A stretch of 64,000 nucleotides of DNA from assembly GCA_035221665.1 (NCBI GenBank), contig CM069145.1, positions 8,680,001-8,744,000 on the forward strand, in the 5' to 3' direction. Both the position numbers and the translations under genes were made by a program. Source of the stretch: Okamejei kenojei. Its lineage: Eukaryota. The notes under the pieces are model-generated. The model was not told the origin of the DNA. It searched no databases and saw only the letters and a program-made list of their open reading frames with translations. Shown piece after piece: positions 1-12,412 of the stretch. The first letter of the stretch is position 1. The number at the start of each line of letters is the position of its first letter.

Positions 1-274
1 TGTCTGGAAAGTTAAGCTCCCAAGATTTGAGAAGTGAGACTAAAATATTATTTGTGGCGGATGGAGTGATAAAATGCATCAGGTTCCAACCTGTTATAGA
101 ACTGAACTTGATCCTGTTCTAACTATGTGGTCTATTTCATAAAAACATGAATGCATTATCAAAATATCACTGTGATATTTCACATCATTATACTTGTGGA
201 TGGATTCGTAAAATGCATTCAAACTTTTTACATTCTTCGACTGATCTGAAATCCAAAGCTGACACTTGCACACA

Positions 275-811
275 TTTTAGTTTAGTTTAATTTAGAGATA
301 CAGCATGTAAACAGGCCTTTCGGCCCACTGTGTTCGCACAGACCATCGATCCGCGCACACTAACACTACCCTACACACACTAGGGACAGTTTTACATTCA
401 TACCAAGCCAATTAGCCTACAAACCTTTAAAAATCGGTAATTTTTTCGTTGAAGCCGGTTGCGACGCTAGTTGAAGGTGGTTGCCGGAGGTTGCAGGTAG
501 TGGAAGGTAAGACCTTTTTTTCACCCAATTTTATTCCACCAGCGAGGTCTTACCTTCCATTACCTGCAACCTTTTAAAACGGCAACCTATTTTTAGTCGC
601 GGCCGGTTTTGAATTTTTTGAAATAATCGCCGGAACATAGAAGAAGCGGAAACCACTTTCAACCATTAGGGAGACTGACAAAAACCTCCGGGAACCTCCG
701 GGAACCGCATGGAAACCTTGGGTGGGGCGCAAAGTCTCCAGAAGTTTCCGTTCAGGTTTCCTAAGTGGGACAGGGGCATAAGGCAGCAACTCTACCGCTG
801 CTCCACCGTGG
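275..811 (-). mobile_element. tRNA-derived V-SINE (HE1-like), interrupted by a Harbinger-type MITE remnant at ~427-778
   Basis: SINE 3' part with (tttag)n tail at 275-426 and SINE 5' part at 779-811; the intervening piece ends in the TIR AGTGGGACAGGGGCA followed by TAA. Confidence 0.7.
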
Positions 812-894
812 AAGGAAAAATGTATTCAACAGGTTTTATTGGATCAACACATAAATTCAACGTGATCATATTGGTTATAGTAAGCTGCATATAG

Positions 895-1170
<276 letters not shown>

Positions 1171-1367
1171 TGACCCTGCTAGAACAGAGATTGAATATTA
1201 CAAACCTCTTCATGTCAACCACATAATCTTAAGAGGACTGTATCTTCATTTGTCTTCTCTCCATTTGTTAATATTTAATTCTGAAATGCTGAGCATGAAT
1301 ACTGATATCAATATTTTCTCAATTATTTAGTTTGATCATGTCGACGGGGCTGACATTAATATGTTGT

Positions 1368-1502
1368 CAGTTTGAAGAAGGGTCTCAACCCGAAACGTCA
1401 CCTATTCCTTCTCTCCAGAGATGCCGCCTGTCCTGTTGAGTTACTCCAGCATTTTGTGTCTATCTTTGGTGTAAGCCAGCATCCGCAGTTCCATTATACA
1501 CA
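1368..1502 (+). mobile_element. Short Penelope-like 3'-end repeat with hammerhead motif (C3 mutated)
   Basis: TTGAAGAAGGGTCTCAACCCGAAACGTC followed by the family tail CTCTCCAGAGATG...TTACTCCAGCATTTTGTGTC. Confidence 0.75.
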
Positions 1503-2410
1503 ATAATATGTTGTCCTTGCTTATCCTTTCATTCTTGCTCAGTGTGGATATCATCATATTCTATAACTTTTTAATGTATAACTTTCATACTCATCCTTTT
1601 GACATACTAACCCCTTTAACCTTTAACCAAAACAAACTACTGTCAAATTCCTACCCCACATTTCTCCTAACATCAATTACGTCAAATCCTCCACACCTCA
1701 GACTGAAGATACACTGCTTGAAGAAACAGGTACACAGCATTTGAAAAGTAGCTAAGTGAACACTTGAAATGCCATGGCATATGAAGCCATGGATCATGTC
1801 CTGATAAATGGGACTACTATAGATGGATGTTAGATCGTCTGCATGGGGAGGGTGGGCTGAAGAGCCTGTTTCTGAGATCTACAATAAGCCTCTATGATCT
1901 GTGCCACTCTACTTCCTCACACTCCGCTATTTCATTAACTCTCTGCTAGCACTTGGTACCCACTCCTCAATTCTTGGTTTTACCCCCTTTTTCTTGTAAG
2001 ATCATCTGGCTTGCCATACGCACTGGATCACACTTCTGATCCATTTTGTGAAGAATACTGTGGTGCTTGAGTGCATCCAGTTGTCTTTACAATTTGAGAA
2101 AATGAAATTGGTGGTGGCTCATCCTAGTTCTGGGTGACTCAACATGTGGGCTGTCGCTACTGAGCCATGTTCACCACTCAATGGGCACCAGCTTCTTCCT
2201 CCCTTTACTCCTGAATCTTGGGGATTAATGTCCAGTCATCCTTTCCCGAAGAATCGTTAGGCATGAGAGGATGTAAGTGACGATGATGAGATTGAGAAAT
2301 AGTAGGGAAATTAACTCCGTTCAGTTCAGTTTAGTTTATTGTCACGTGTACCGAGGTACAGTGAAAAGCTTTTGTTGCGTGCTAACCAGTCTGCAGAAAG
2401 ACAATACAAG

Positions 2411-2500
2411 ATTATAAACAAGCCATTTACAGTGTAACATAATTACAAATGAGCCATTAACAGTGGAACATAATTACAAACGAGCCATTCACAGTGTACT
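2411..2500. repeat. Three copies of a ~31-bp tandem repeat within a LINE 3' tail remnant
   Basis: attacaaacgagccatt(t)acagtgtaacata repeated three times. Confidence 0.7.
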
Positions 2501-2787
2501 AACTATCACCCATCACATTTGAGCACAGCACAGGAGGAGGTGGAGATTGGCGAATACCTGGATCCGATCACGTGCCATCTTTTTCATTGCCCATTGCCTT
2601 CAGTTGCCCCCTCTGCCCCCCTGCTCCCCTTTCTCATGTCACACTGGGCATTTCTCCAGGGAAACACAACTCGAGGGCAATCTTTCAAATGCAGCAGAAA
2701 ATAAAAATGGTGTTGCAAAGGTTCAAAATTGCCAGCATAATTATATGGCTTGCTATTGATTAAAATTGATTTAATGTGTTCATACAG

Positions 2788-2859
2788 GAACTACTGGAAG
2801 AAGGAGTTTGCTCCAAGGTTGAAAGTTTGATATGCGATGAGAAGTATAAAGCAAGAAAG
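2788..2859 (+). CDS. DNTT: DNTT internal exon (equivalent to exon 5)
   Basis: catacag| ... AAG|gtaaat; 72 nt, phase 0-0; ELLEEGVCSKVESLICDEKYKARK, continuing in frame from the previous exon. Confidence 0.92.
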
Positions 2860-3116
2860 GTAAATACTAGACAATGGGCGACAGCACAAGGTTCAAATTG
2901 TTTACAGTGATTATAGAGAATGTACTGGGAAATATGAACATGTTGCAGGGCAGCAACCCATTGGAGATATCAGTGGAAAGGAATATCATGTTAGGTGGGC
3001 AACTGGAATGTCTAATAGGTGTTGGTAGGCACTGGAGGAATGTGCGTAACAAATGGGTCGTGTGTTATAGAAAGTGTGTTAAGGATTGAAAGTGTAATAA
3101 ATAATGTTCTCCAAAC

Positions 3117-3505
3117 CAAAGATCTTATAGCGGAGCAAGATAGACCACTCCTGCTAAATGCAATGGGCTGACGTGTAGTACGCAATGGAGCGGGCCTTTT
3201 TTTCATCCAGGTGGACCCGACCTGACTCGCAGTGTAATCTACGATGCGGGGGAAGAGTTTGTGTTAATAAATTATAATTCTGAAAATGAGGAGAAGATTT
3301 TTACCAAATAACTTTTATTTTTACAAGGATGTTTCTGTAACCGGCTTCCGTCTCCGCACTAGTATCTTTGCTCCGCTATGGGATCTTTGGTGCAGAGACA
3401 GAAGCCGGTTACGGAAATGGGGCCGAAAATGACCCATGAATCTGCCCACGACCATACTACGTCTTTTTCGTCGAGTGGTCTATCTTGCTTGCTATAGGAT
3501 CTTTG
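3117..3505. mobile_element. Non-autonomous DNA transposon with 8-bp TSD (hAT or P superfamily)
   Basis: ~33-bp TIRs CAAAGATCTTATAGCGGAGCAAGATAGACCACTC / GAGTGGTCTATCTTGCTTGCTATAGGATCTTTG; perfect TSD CTCCAAAC at 3109-3116 and 3506-3513. Confidence 0.88.
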
Positions 3506-3513
3506 CTCCAAAC

Positions 3514-3770
3514 AGTCTGACTGTCCCCCCGCTTACATTTTACCTCTGTTTGCTTTGTTGTCACCTTCTCATAGCTAACAATGATATATTCTGCATTTTC
3601 TTGAGCTGTATCTCTTTTGATGTCTCGTTTTCACACCTTACCCGTCCTTATCTCCCTCCCCTGATTCTCAGTCTGAAGAAGGGTCTCATCCCAAAACATC
3701 ACCCATTCCTTCTATCCAGAGATGCTGCCTGTCCCATAGAGTTACTCCAGCATTTTCAGTCTATCTTCTG
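3514..3770 (+). mobile_element. Penelope-like 3' end with degenerate hammerhead
   Basis: Longer form of the repeat (ttgtcaccttctc..agctaacaatg) leading into CTGAAGAAGGGTCTC at 3673. Confidence 0.7.
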
Positions 3771-4095
3771 AATAATGTTATGTAATGGGTAAAGTAGCAA
3801 CGGAGGGTAAACATTTGCAGCAAAATTAATACTTCTTATGTCTAATTTATTGAAGCTGAGCACATGGTATATAAAACTATAGAACTTCTGAAATTTAATT
3901 TTGTATGACTCAGAGTTAACATGTTAATAACCATTTCTTTTCAGTTAGTATTAGCCTCCCTGAGAAAGTTTGCATATTTATTCTTAAGACTTCATTATTT
4001 TTGATATTTTGAAGCATTTATAAGAATGTATATAATGGAGCTATGAACCTTAACAGAGCAATTACCTCCAGTCAATGTAAATTATTTTACTGCAG

Positions 4096-4219
4096 CTATT
4101 CACCAGTGTCTTTGGTGTTGGTGTGAAGACAGCTGACAAGTGGTATGGACTAGGCTTTCGGACTTTGGAGGAAATAAAAGCAAGAAAGGATATCACGTTT
4201 ACCAAAATGCAGAGGGCAG
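4096..4219 (+). CDS. DNTT: DNTT internal exon, fingers/HhH (equivalent to exon 6)
   Basis: ttttactgcag| ... GCAG|gtaata; 124 nt, phase 0-1; LFTSVFGVGVKTADKWYGLGFRTLEEIKARKDITFTKMQRA(G), containing the X-family HhH motif GVGxKTA. Confidence 0.94.
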
Positions 4220-4499
4220 GTAATATTTGGAACAGTGAATTGTACATATATTGTGCACAGTATTAACACAATGGGCAAAACCATACTCGCCAATGATTAT
4301 GTTTATTTCAATTCTCTCTTTGCTTCTTCCCTGCCTCTATACGGATTGAGATTAATATGTTGACACCAAGGCAAAGGTCAGCTCAAATTTGCAGCAGTAT
4401 GCATCTGTGTGTTGAGAATTGTGGCAGGTTGGTTTTGAATTTCCTTCCTAATCTTGACACAAGAATGTCATAAACTGATGCTATGAGTTTGCCTTTGTT

Positions 4500-5085
4500 T
4501 TCATAGAAACATAGAAAATAGGTGCAGGAGAAGACCATTTGGCCCATCGATTCATTGTGATCAAGGCTGATCATCCGCAATCAGTAACCTGTGCCTGCCT
4601 TCTCCCCATATCCCTTGAGTCCGCTAGCCCCTAGAGCTTTATCTAACTCTCTTTTAAATTCATTCAGTGAATTGGCTTCTACTGCCTTTTGTGGCAGAGA
4701 ATTCCACAAATTCATAACTCTTTTTCACATCTCAGTTTTAAATGGCCTCCCATTTATTCTTAAACTGTGGCCCCTGGTTCTGGACTCCCCCAACATTGGG
4801 AAATTTTTTCCTGCATCTAGCTTGTCCAGTCTTTTTATAATTTTATACATTTTTATAAGATGCCCTCTCATCCTTCTAAATTCCAGTGAATTACAATCTT
4901 TCCTCATATGACAGTCGCGCCATCCTGGGAATTAACCTCGTGAACCCATGCTGCACTGCCTCAAATAGCAAGGTTGTCCTTCCTCAAATTAGGAGACCAT
5001 AACTTCACTCAATACTTCAGATGTGGTCTCACCAGGGCCCTGTACAACTGCAGAAGGACCTATTTACTCCTATATTCAAATTTTC
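4500..5085 (-). mobile_element. CR1-clade LINE 3' fragment
   Basis: SLEFRRMRGHLIKMYKII..RTRGHSLRI on the minus strand; (catagaaa)n microsatellite tail at 4502. Confidence 0.88.
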
Positions 5086-6654
5086 ATAGAACATTGAACA
5101 GTATAGGCGAGAAACAGGGCCTTCGACCCGCAATGTCTGTGCAAACATGGCAGCAGGTTAATATCCTCTGCCTGCTCTCGATCCACATCCCTGCTTTCCC
5201 TGCACATCCATTTCCTTCAATCATCATCTGCCACCCTTCCCTAGTCATGTTAGTGGAGTCTCAAACATTGGCCTATTTTCTTCTCATTTATCTCAATGGC
5301 CTTTCACATTAGCAAAAACAGAAGAGCTGCTCGAGGAACCCAATGGATCTGACAGCATTTCTGGAGGGAAATCAAAGGTGGTTGACATTGCAGTTTGAGA
5401 TGCTTCATCTACACTGAAAAAGTAGAGGGGAGATAGCCAATATAATGGGGTGTGGGAGGGGGAGGGCAAGAGCTAGCACAATCAGGTGCAGGGGGAACGA
5501 AAGGTAAATATGTTTTGTACCTATTCTAGCCAGCATCTGTATCTCTTGTGCCTTATTTCACCAGGACTGGCTTGCGGAAGTTGACATTGAGCTGGGATAT
5601 TGGCAAGGACACATCAGAGTTCTTTACGCACTCTCTGTTTCCCTGCTCTAGAACATCTTCCATGTAGGCATTGGGATTAATAGACTTAGTGAGATCAATA
5701 ATGTGCTGGTGTATAAGTAGCAGTGTTACTGTGGGAGTGGGCTTGCTCTTGGTGTTTGGAATCCTGCTGTTGGCACCATTCTTCTGCGTTGGCCTCAAAC
5801 AATGACGACCTGCTCAGGGTTGAGATCTTTTTTAACTTGTAATGAGCTCACACTAATGAGGTTTAACATCTTGTGCAGGATGACAGCTTTCATTTTAGTT
5901 TATTTTGTATTATCACATGTGCCGTCGATACAGTTTTTATTGCATGTGATTCAGTCACAGAAAAGACCGTATATGATTACAATCAAGCCAACCACAGTGC
6001 ACAGATAAAGGATAAAAGGTGCAAAATAAAGTCCGATCAAAGATAGTTCTAAGGTCTTCAATGAGGTAGATGGGAAGTCAAGACTGCACCAGCTGGTGAG
6101 AGGACAGTTCAGTTGCTGATAACAGTTGTGAAGAAACTTAAAAATGGAATGATATAGGACTATTAAAAATGGAATGATATCAGACTATAACATGTTCCTA
6201 GACCAAGGGACATAATATGATCTAATAGCTCTTCATGTTTCTTTTCTGATATTGGCTTTAATTTGATGTCGAGCCTTCAATTTCACCAAACAAAAGCACA
6301 GTATTCTGATAGTTTAGTTGACTTTATTCATAGAAAGATCTGATAAAAACAAGAAAATATCACGTAACGATTCCTTTGCTCATTAATTAACAATACACTC
6401 AATTTGTCATTCTTTGACCAAATAAAAGCAAATCAATTATTATAAATATTTAATTGGATATTCTGATAGAAAATTATTATAACAAGGCGTAATACTAATA
6501 ATAAAAGAAAAAATAGCTATTGCCAGTAACTTCAAAGATGTCAACTCCAGACATCAGTCAGCACCGTATGATTTGTTACCTTCTCACCGATGTTCATAGT
6601 TCGGTTAAAATGATTCTTCAAACTAAATAATAGCAGACACCTAAAAGAGACTAA

Positions 6655-6971
6655 AAGCCCTGTTCCACTGTATGAGTTCATTCAAGAGCTCTCCCGAGTT
6701 AAAAAAAAAAATCAAACTTGTGGAAGCACGTAGAATGTACGTAGCGGGTACATCGGAGCTCAGGGACATCCCTTAGCGGCTCGTAATGCAACGGCAGGTA
6801 CTCGGGAAACGCGGTAAGCTCGGGAAGACTCGTGAAGATTTTTCAACATGTTGAAAAATGTCCACAAGAGCCCCGAGTACCGACTAGCGGTCATTACCGT
6901 AAATCTCCGAGTTCGAATCAGGGCAAACTTGGGAGAGCTCTTGAATGAACTTGTATAGTGGGACAGGGCTT
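6655..6971. mobile_element. PIF/Harbinger-type MITE
   Basis: Long TIRs AAGCCCTGTTCCACTGTATGAGTTCATTCAAGAGCTCTCCC / GGGAGAGCTCTTGAATGAACTTGTATAGTGGGACAGGGCTT with TAA/TTA flanks. Confidence 0.82.
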
Positions 6972-8789
6972 TTAGTGACTTTGGTCATCGGCAAAGATCA
7001 ACAATAGAAATATGCAGGTATTAGCCCAGGTCTCGCTTGCTGTAGGAAATTATAAGTTTTTTTTAAACAACTGAAGAAAAAGAGATAGCAATAGAAATAA
7101 ACATATTCATATTATAATATAGTGGAATATAACATTTGTTATTTGACTGATTTGGGCAACAAAATTCCAGCAACTGGAGGCGATACTCCTTGACTATCAA
7201 ACTGGGTAGAAATCAGCGGTGACAGGTCCTGGGTCAACCGGGGACTATCCCCTTTCATTTAAATCTCATGTTAAACAAAAGAGTTGAAGGAGAATATTTA
7301 TTGCACACTGAAATAATGTAGCCCACTTTGAAAGAGTTGACTCAATTTCTCCTATTTAAATAAATCATACTGCCATTGAGTGAGGAAATGTTGACCCAAT
7401 CTCCCTCATCACTACAGCACTCATCCATGCCCACCACTCTCATGCCCTTTACCTCACCAAAGAAACCATTTCTGGGTGTGGCCCATAGACCTTAAACACG
7501 GCCAGCCCAGAACACACTGTAGAGTCTGAAGAAGGCTCTTGACCCGATACGTCACCCATTCCTTCTCTCCAGAGATGCTGCCTGTCATGCTGAATTACTC
7601 CGGCATTTTGTGTGTATCTTCGGTGTAAACAGGCATCTACAGTTCCTTCTGTAGATGTAGTTGTAGATGTAGCTCCAATATCTTTATTTATTGCAAGGCA
7701 AAATTTGAATCTAGACTTGAGAGAATGAAAACCAACTGCTGGACAGCTATAATAATGGCTGACAATGTGGAAGTAATAGAGTTGCCATCCAAACTTAGAA
7801 ATCAGACTTCCAGCCCCTTCCTGAAATGGTATTTACTGTTCTTTGTAGCTTAAAGAGGATGGAGGAAAGATTGAAGTCTGCTCCTTGTAGATGTTACTAA
7901 AACTGGCATTTTACCTAGACAAATGAGGTGAGAGTTATATTCCAGCCTTTCCCATTCTGACAAAAAAGTCTTCAAACTGAGTATTTTGTGCATTTTCCTC
8001 TACTTCAGAATTCCAGCAACTGCCATAGTTTGTATCTCACAGCTCTGGCATTGTTTCTCCTGGTCTCTTCTCTATTCTAATTCATCTCCTCGTCTTTACA
8101 TTTCCTCCAGGCAGCCCAGCCACAATGAACAAGCCTTCACCTCCCTCTCTCTAGCGGGTATCATCTTCGCTATCGCTTGTTCTCCAACCTTTCATACCAA
8201 TTCCCTTTGTACTTTCCATTCCCTTTCCTTCATTCCTTTCTCTTCTCCATTCTCTCCTTCCTTCACATGTTTGGTTTCCAATTTCACTCAGTTCTGATGA
8301 AAGATCATTAACCTGTAACAAAGGTCACATGAACTTTTATGACCTCTCAAAGGTCATTACCTCTCAAAGGCCCATTAAATGTTTCTCTTCCTGCTGATAC
8401 TGCCAAAACGTCTGAGTATTTACAGCTTTTCTTTTTCAAGTCCGATTTTTAGTCCCTGCACCATTTTGCTTTTTGAGATTTACATTCCAGCGCATCGTAG
8501 GGATTTTAACATCCCCACATTGTGCAGCTGTAAGCTCTTGGGGAAAGTCCCAGACCATCGATATCAAATCAGGAAGTGAAGAGATGTGGCACAGTTCCAT
8601 ATACTTTGGAAATATTTAACTGATCTTGGCTTTGTGCTGCTGTAACCATAACATGAAACCTCCGTGTTACCTGGTGTATGACCAGCAGACGTACGTGTGG
8701 TTGGCAATGGTGTAATTCTCTGGAGACTGTTGCAACACTATGACCACCTTGAGATCCATCCAGGGATCCAAGCCCAAACCTAAAGGAGA

Positions 8790-9045
8790 TGGGGAGACAT
8801 TTCTTTAGTCAGAGGGTGGTGAATCTGTGGAATTCTTTGCCATAGAAGGCTGTAGATGCCAAGTCAGTGGATATTATTAAGGCAGAGATAGATTGATTTT
8901 TGATTAGTACAGATGTCAGAGATTATGGGGAGAAGGCAGGAGAATGGGGTTAGGAAGGTGAGATAGATCAGTCATGAATGAATGGCGGAGTAGACTTGAA
9001 GGGCCGATTGATCTAATTCTACTCCTATCACTTATGAACTTATGA
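8790..9045 (+). mobile_element. CR1 LINE 3' fragment
   Basis: FFSQRVVNLWNSL-coding sequence plus the CR1 3'UTR shared with other copies. Confidence 0.8.
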
Positions 9046-10206
9046 CCTTATACCCTAAATCCTGCTGCTATATTCACTGAAGTGTGCTGTGGAGAAAGGT
9101 GGCCTGTTGCGGTTCCCACTGATGTATCCCGTGCATTTGTGCATGGCGTTATGGCGTTACGGGAATCTGCAGGAATATAGATTTCACTACTTTTGAAAGA
9201 ACACTTCAATCAGAAGCAAATGGTTAACAGCTGTACCTCGGTACACGCGACAATAAACTAAACTGAAACTGCACATATTCTCATATTGTTTCTCTCAAAA
9301 TAAAAGGAAGCAATTTGCCACATCAAGTCAATGTCGACTCTCCGACCAACCCCATCAAACCCAGTCCCTGCTTATTTTCCAATAACCTATTCTCTCTCTC
9401 CCATGCCAATTAACACCATACTGATTCACTTGCCACCCACTTCCACTCAGGGGTAAATTACAGTACCCAGTTAGTCTACCCACCGGAACATTTTTGATTG
9501 AAGAAGGGTCTCGACCCGAAACATCACCCATTCCTTCTCTGCAGAGATGCTGCCTGTCCCGCTGAGTTACTCCAGCTTTTTGTGTCTATTTTCAGTTTAA
9601 ATCAACATCTACGGTTCCTTCCTACACGGGACATCTCTGGGTAGTGGGAGGACGCTGGAGCACTTGGTGAAAACCCACGCGGTCGCAGGCAGAAGATGCA
9701 AACTCCACACAAACAGCACCAGGATCAGGATTAAAGCCTGGTAGCAGGAGCTGTGAGGCATCTGCAATTCCTGCTGCTCTAATACCTGTCACCCTACTGC
9801 CCTCCCAGCTTCAATCATGTCCTTGCCTGGATCTTCAGCAACAAACCTCATGCAATGCCAGAATATCTAGTGGGGGGGGGGGTCAGATAACCAACTGCGA
9901 CCAAACCGATCAAACCATAATTACCTCATTGTGTGGCTAAATATTTACCACACCTTTGACTGCAGGAGGCATTAGCATTGTTGCTGAAAGTTGATATATG
10001 CTATAGAGACTCTGCAGATAATGCCCTCTCATTTAAACTTAATGGCTTCAGTGTGAACTCATGATATTGCATATCCTTTGGCTTGACTCCATTATCTGAA
10101 GCATGGACCAACACTGCCATATTCATGCAGTTCAGTTTACATTCCCTGCATACTTGCTTCTCTAAAGATGAAAACGTTTCATGCAAAACTGGATAAATTA
10201 AATCAC

Positions 10207-10445
10207 ATGTAGGCAAAAATGCTGGAGAAACTCAGCGGGCGAGGCAGCATCTATGGAGCGAAGGAAATAGGAACCGTTTCGGGTCGAAACATTGGCTACA
10301 TTCCTTCACTGAGTCTGAAGAAGGGTTTCGACCCAAAACATTGCCTATTTCCTTCACTCCATAGATGCTGTCTCACCCGCTGAATTTCTCCAGCATTTTT
10401 TTGTCTACCTTTGATTTTCCAGCATCTGCAGTTCCTTCTTGAAAA
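10207..10445. mobile_element. Inverted pair of short Penelope-like hammerhead repeats
   Basis: Minus-strand copy ~10210-10290 and plus-strand copy ~10312-10445 form an imperfect palindrome. Confidence 0.75.
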
Positions 10446-10671
10446 TTAAATTATATGTATGGTTTACTGAAAAGGTTCCATCTCACTGGAAATCTATTTT
10501 TGGCATAAGACCTGGTACCACTCAGACTAATGTACTATGATGAATTTACTAGAAATTTCTGAATTTGTCGAAGTAAACAAGAATTCTTGAGTCTCTGTCT
10601 GAATCATAAATCAGTACCCATAAAGTTAACCTACCAACCTTATTATTTGTGCTATTTATGTTTAGTGTGGG

Positions 10672-10953
10672 GGGCACGGTGGTGCAGCGGTAGAGTTGCC
10701 GCCTTACAGCGCCAGAGACCTGGCTTGTCCATAGTTTGTACGTTCTCCCAGTGACCTGCGTGCGTTTTTCTCGAGAGCTCTAGTTTTTTCCCACACTCCA
10801 AAGACGTGCAGGTTTGTAGGTTAATTGGCTTGGTAAAAATTGTATATTGTCCCTAGTGTGTGTAGGATAGCATTAATGTGATGGAATCGCCTGCCAGAAT
10901 GGACTCTGGGCCAAAGAGCCTGTTTCCGTGCTGTATGTCTGAACTAAACTAAA
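10672..10953 (+). mobile_element. tRNA-derived V-SINE (HE1-like)
   Basis: GGCACGGTGGTGCAGCGGTAGAG A-box head, V-domain GTTTGTACGTTCTCCCC and (ctaaa)n tail. Confidence 0.82.
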
Positions 10954-11080
10954 GTGTGAGACTCTGGCAGCTGGGATGGAATGATAAGCTATTTTGGATG
11001 CAAAACATAAAGATTTGTACTTTCAGCTTTCTGCCTTAACTGTGGTTTAACTTTGTGTAACAAAGCTATCTACTCCTCAG

Positions 11081-11213
11081 GCTTCTTGTACTATGAAGAT
11101 ATCCTACAAGCTGTAAGAAAAGCAGAAGCTGAAGCAGTGATTCAAATAATCGGAGATATTGTCAGACAATGTACCCCTGATGCCAAGGTGACCTTAACAG
11201 GAGGATTCAGAAG
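11081..11213 (+). CDS. DNTT: DNTT internal exon, start of palm domain (equivalent to exon 7)
   Basis: tactcctcag| ... AGAAG|gtgggt; 133 nt, phase 1-2; (G)FLYYEDILQAVRKAEAEAVIQIIGDIVRQCTPDAKVTLTGGFR(R), with the TdT/Pol mu TGGFRRG motif. Confidence 0.94.
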
Positions 11214-11344
11214 GTGGGTAAAATGGATGAAACTCTATCATGTTCTAACACATTATTTTAATATGTACTGTGGTTAAGAATGCTACTTCCAGCTGTTGAA
11301 AGTCATTTGTATGAAGATGGAACAAGAAAGCTGAGAGTCATTTG

Positions 11345-11643
11345 AAAGGCCTGTGTTTCTCATGTATTTGTGTTATCACCTTCCCCACAGCAACAATGGA
11401 CCATTGTGGGCTCAACATTGCCTTGGTCATCTGGCCGCTTTGATTTGTTCTTTTCATACTTTTCATTCTTTTGTTCTTTGTACCTTTTCTTACCTCTAGT
11501 TTCCCTCTCCCCCGACTCTCAGTCTGAAGAAGGGTCTCGACCCGAAACATCACCTTTTCCTTTTCTCCAGAGTCCCACTGAGTTATTCCAGTATTTTGTA
11601 TCTATCTTTGGTGTAAACCAGCACTTGCAGTTCCTTCCTACAC
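11345..11643 (+). mobile_element. Penelope-like 3' end with hammerhead motif
   Basis: CTGAAGAAGGGTCTCGACCCGAAACATC at 11524. Confidence 0.75.
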
Positions 11644-12412
11644 TGATTGACCGTGTACTTGCCTGTTTGTTGATGTGCATTCTGAAGTAATGATGATTTT
11701 TATTATTTTTCAAGTGTTTTAAGTATTATTTGTTCTGATTTGATTCTTATTTTTGGAATGTATATTTGAATGTCAAATTTTAATTTCAGCAGCTGGCTGT
11801 TTTGCATTCTTAGGCATAATTGGGAACCTCAGTGACACTGAGGACATTTCAGGTCGTGTGTAAAGTCTGAACTAGGCAGAGGAGATCAGCTGCTCTCATG
11901 TCTCTGGATGTTCTGGGTGGTGGACGCTTCCACCTATTGTGACCTGGAATTTGCCCTGATGTTTCTAAGTCTTGGTATCATCCATTAATTACCAGAGATC
12001 CTGGGTCAAATCCAGGAATTTCCCATGTACATCTTTTGGATTGGAGATGTTTGGCAGTAAGATGTGATGCCTTTCATTGGTATCATGCTTGTACACTGTA
12101 TGCAGACACATAATTACATAGCATTGTTGTCTTTCATAAATGGGCTAAATGTTCCTGCCCATATCATTTTAAAAACTACTGTTCATATTGTACACAACTG
12201 GATTATTTCCCAAAAAATGCACAAAGTGCTGGAGTAATTTAGCAGGTCAGTCAGCATCCCCGGAGAACATGGGTAGAAGAAGGGTCCCGACCCGAAACAT
12301 CACCTCTCCATGTTCTCCAGAGATGCTGCCTGACCTGTTGAGTTACTCCAGTACTGCGTCTTTTTTTGTAAACCTGCACCTGCCTACAAGCATATGCTTA
12401 CATCTGTTTATA

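Noticed and set aside
10672-10730. tRNA-like sequences with A/B boxes (also 43920-43968 and 56150-56215)
   Set aside because: These are SINE heads continuing into V-domain and LINE-like tails, not complete cloverleaf tRNA genes.
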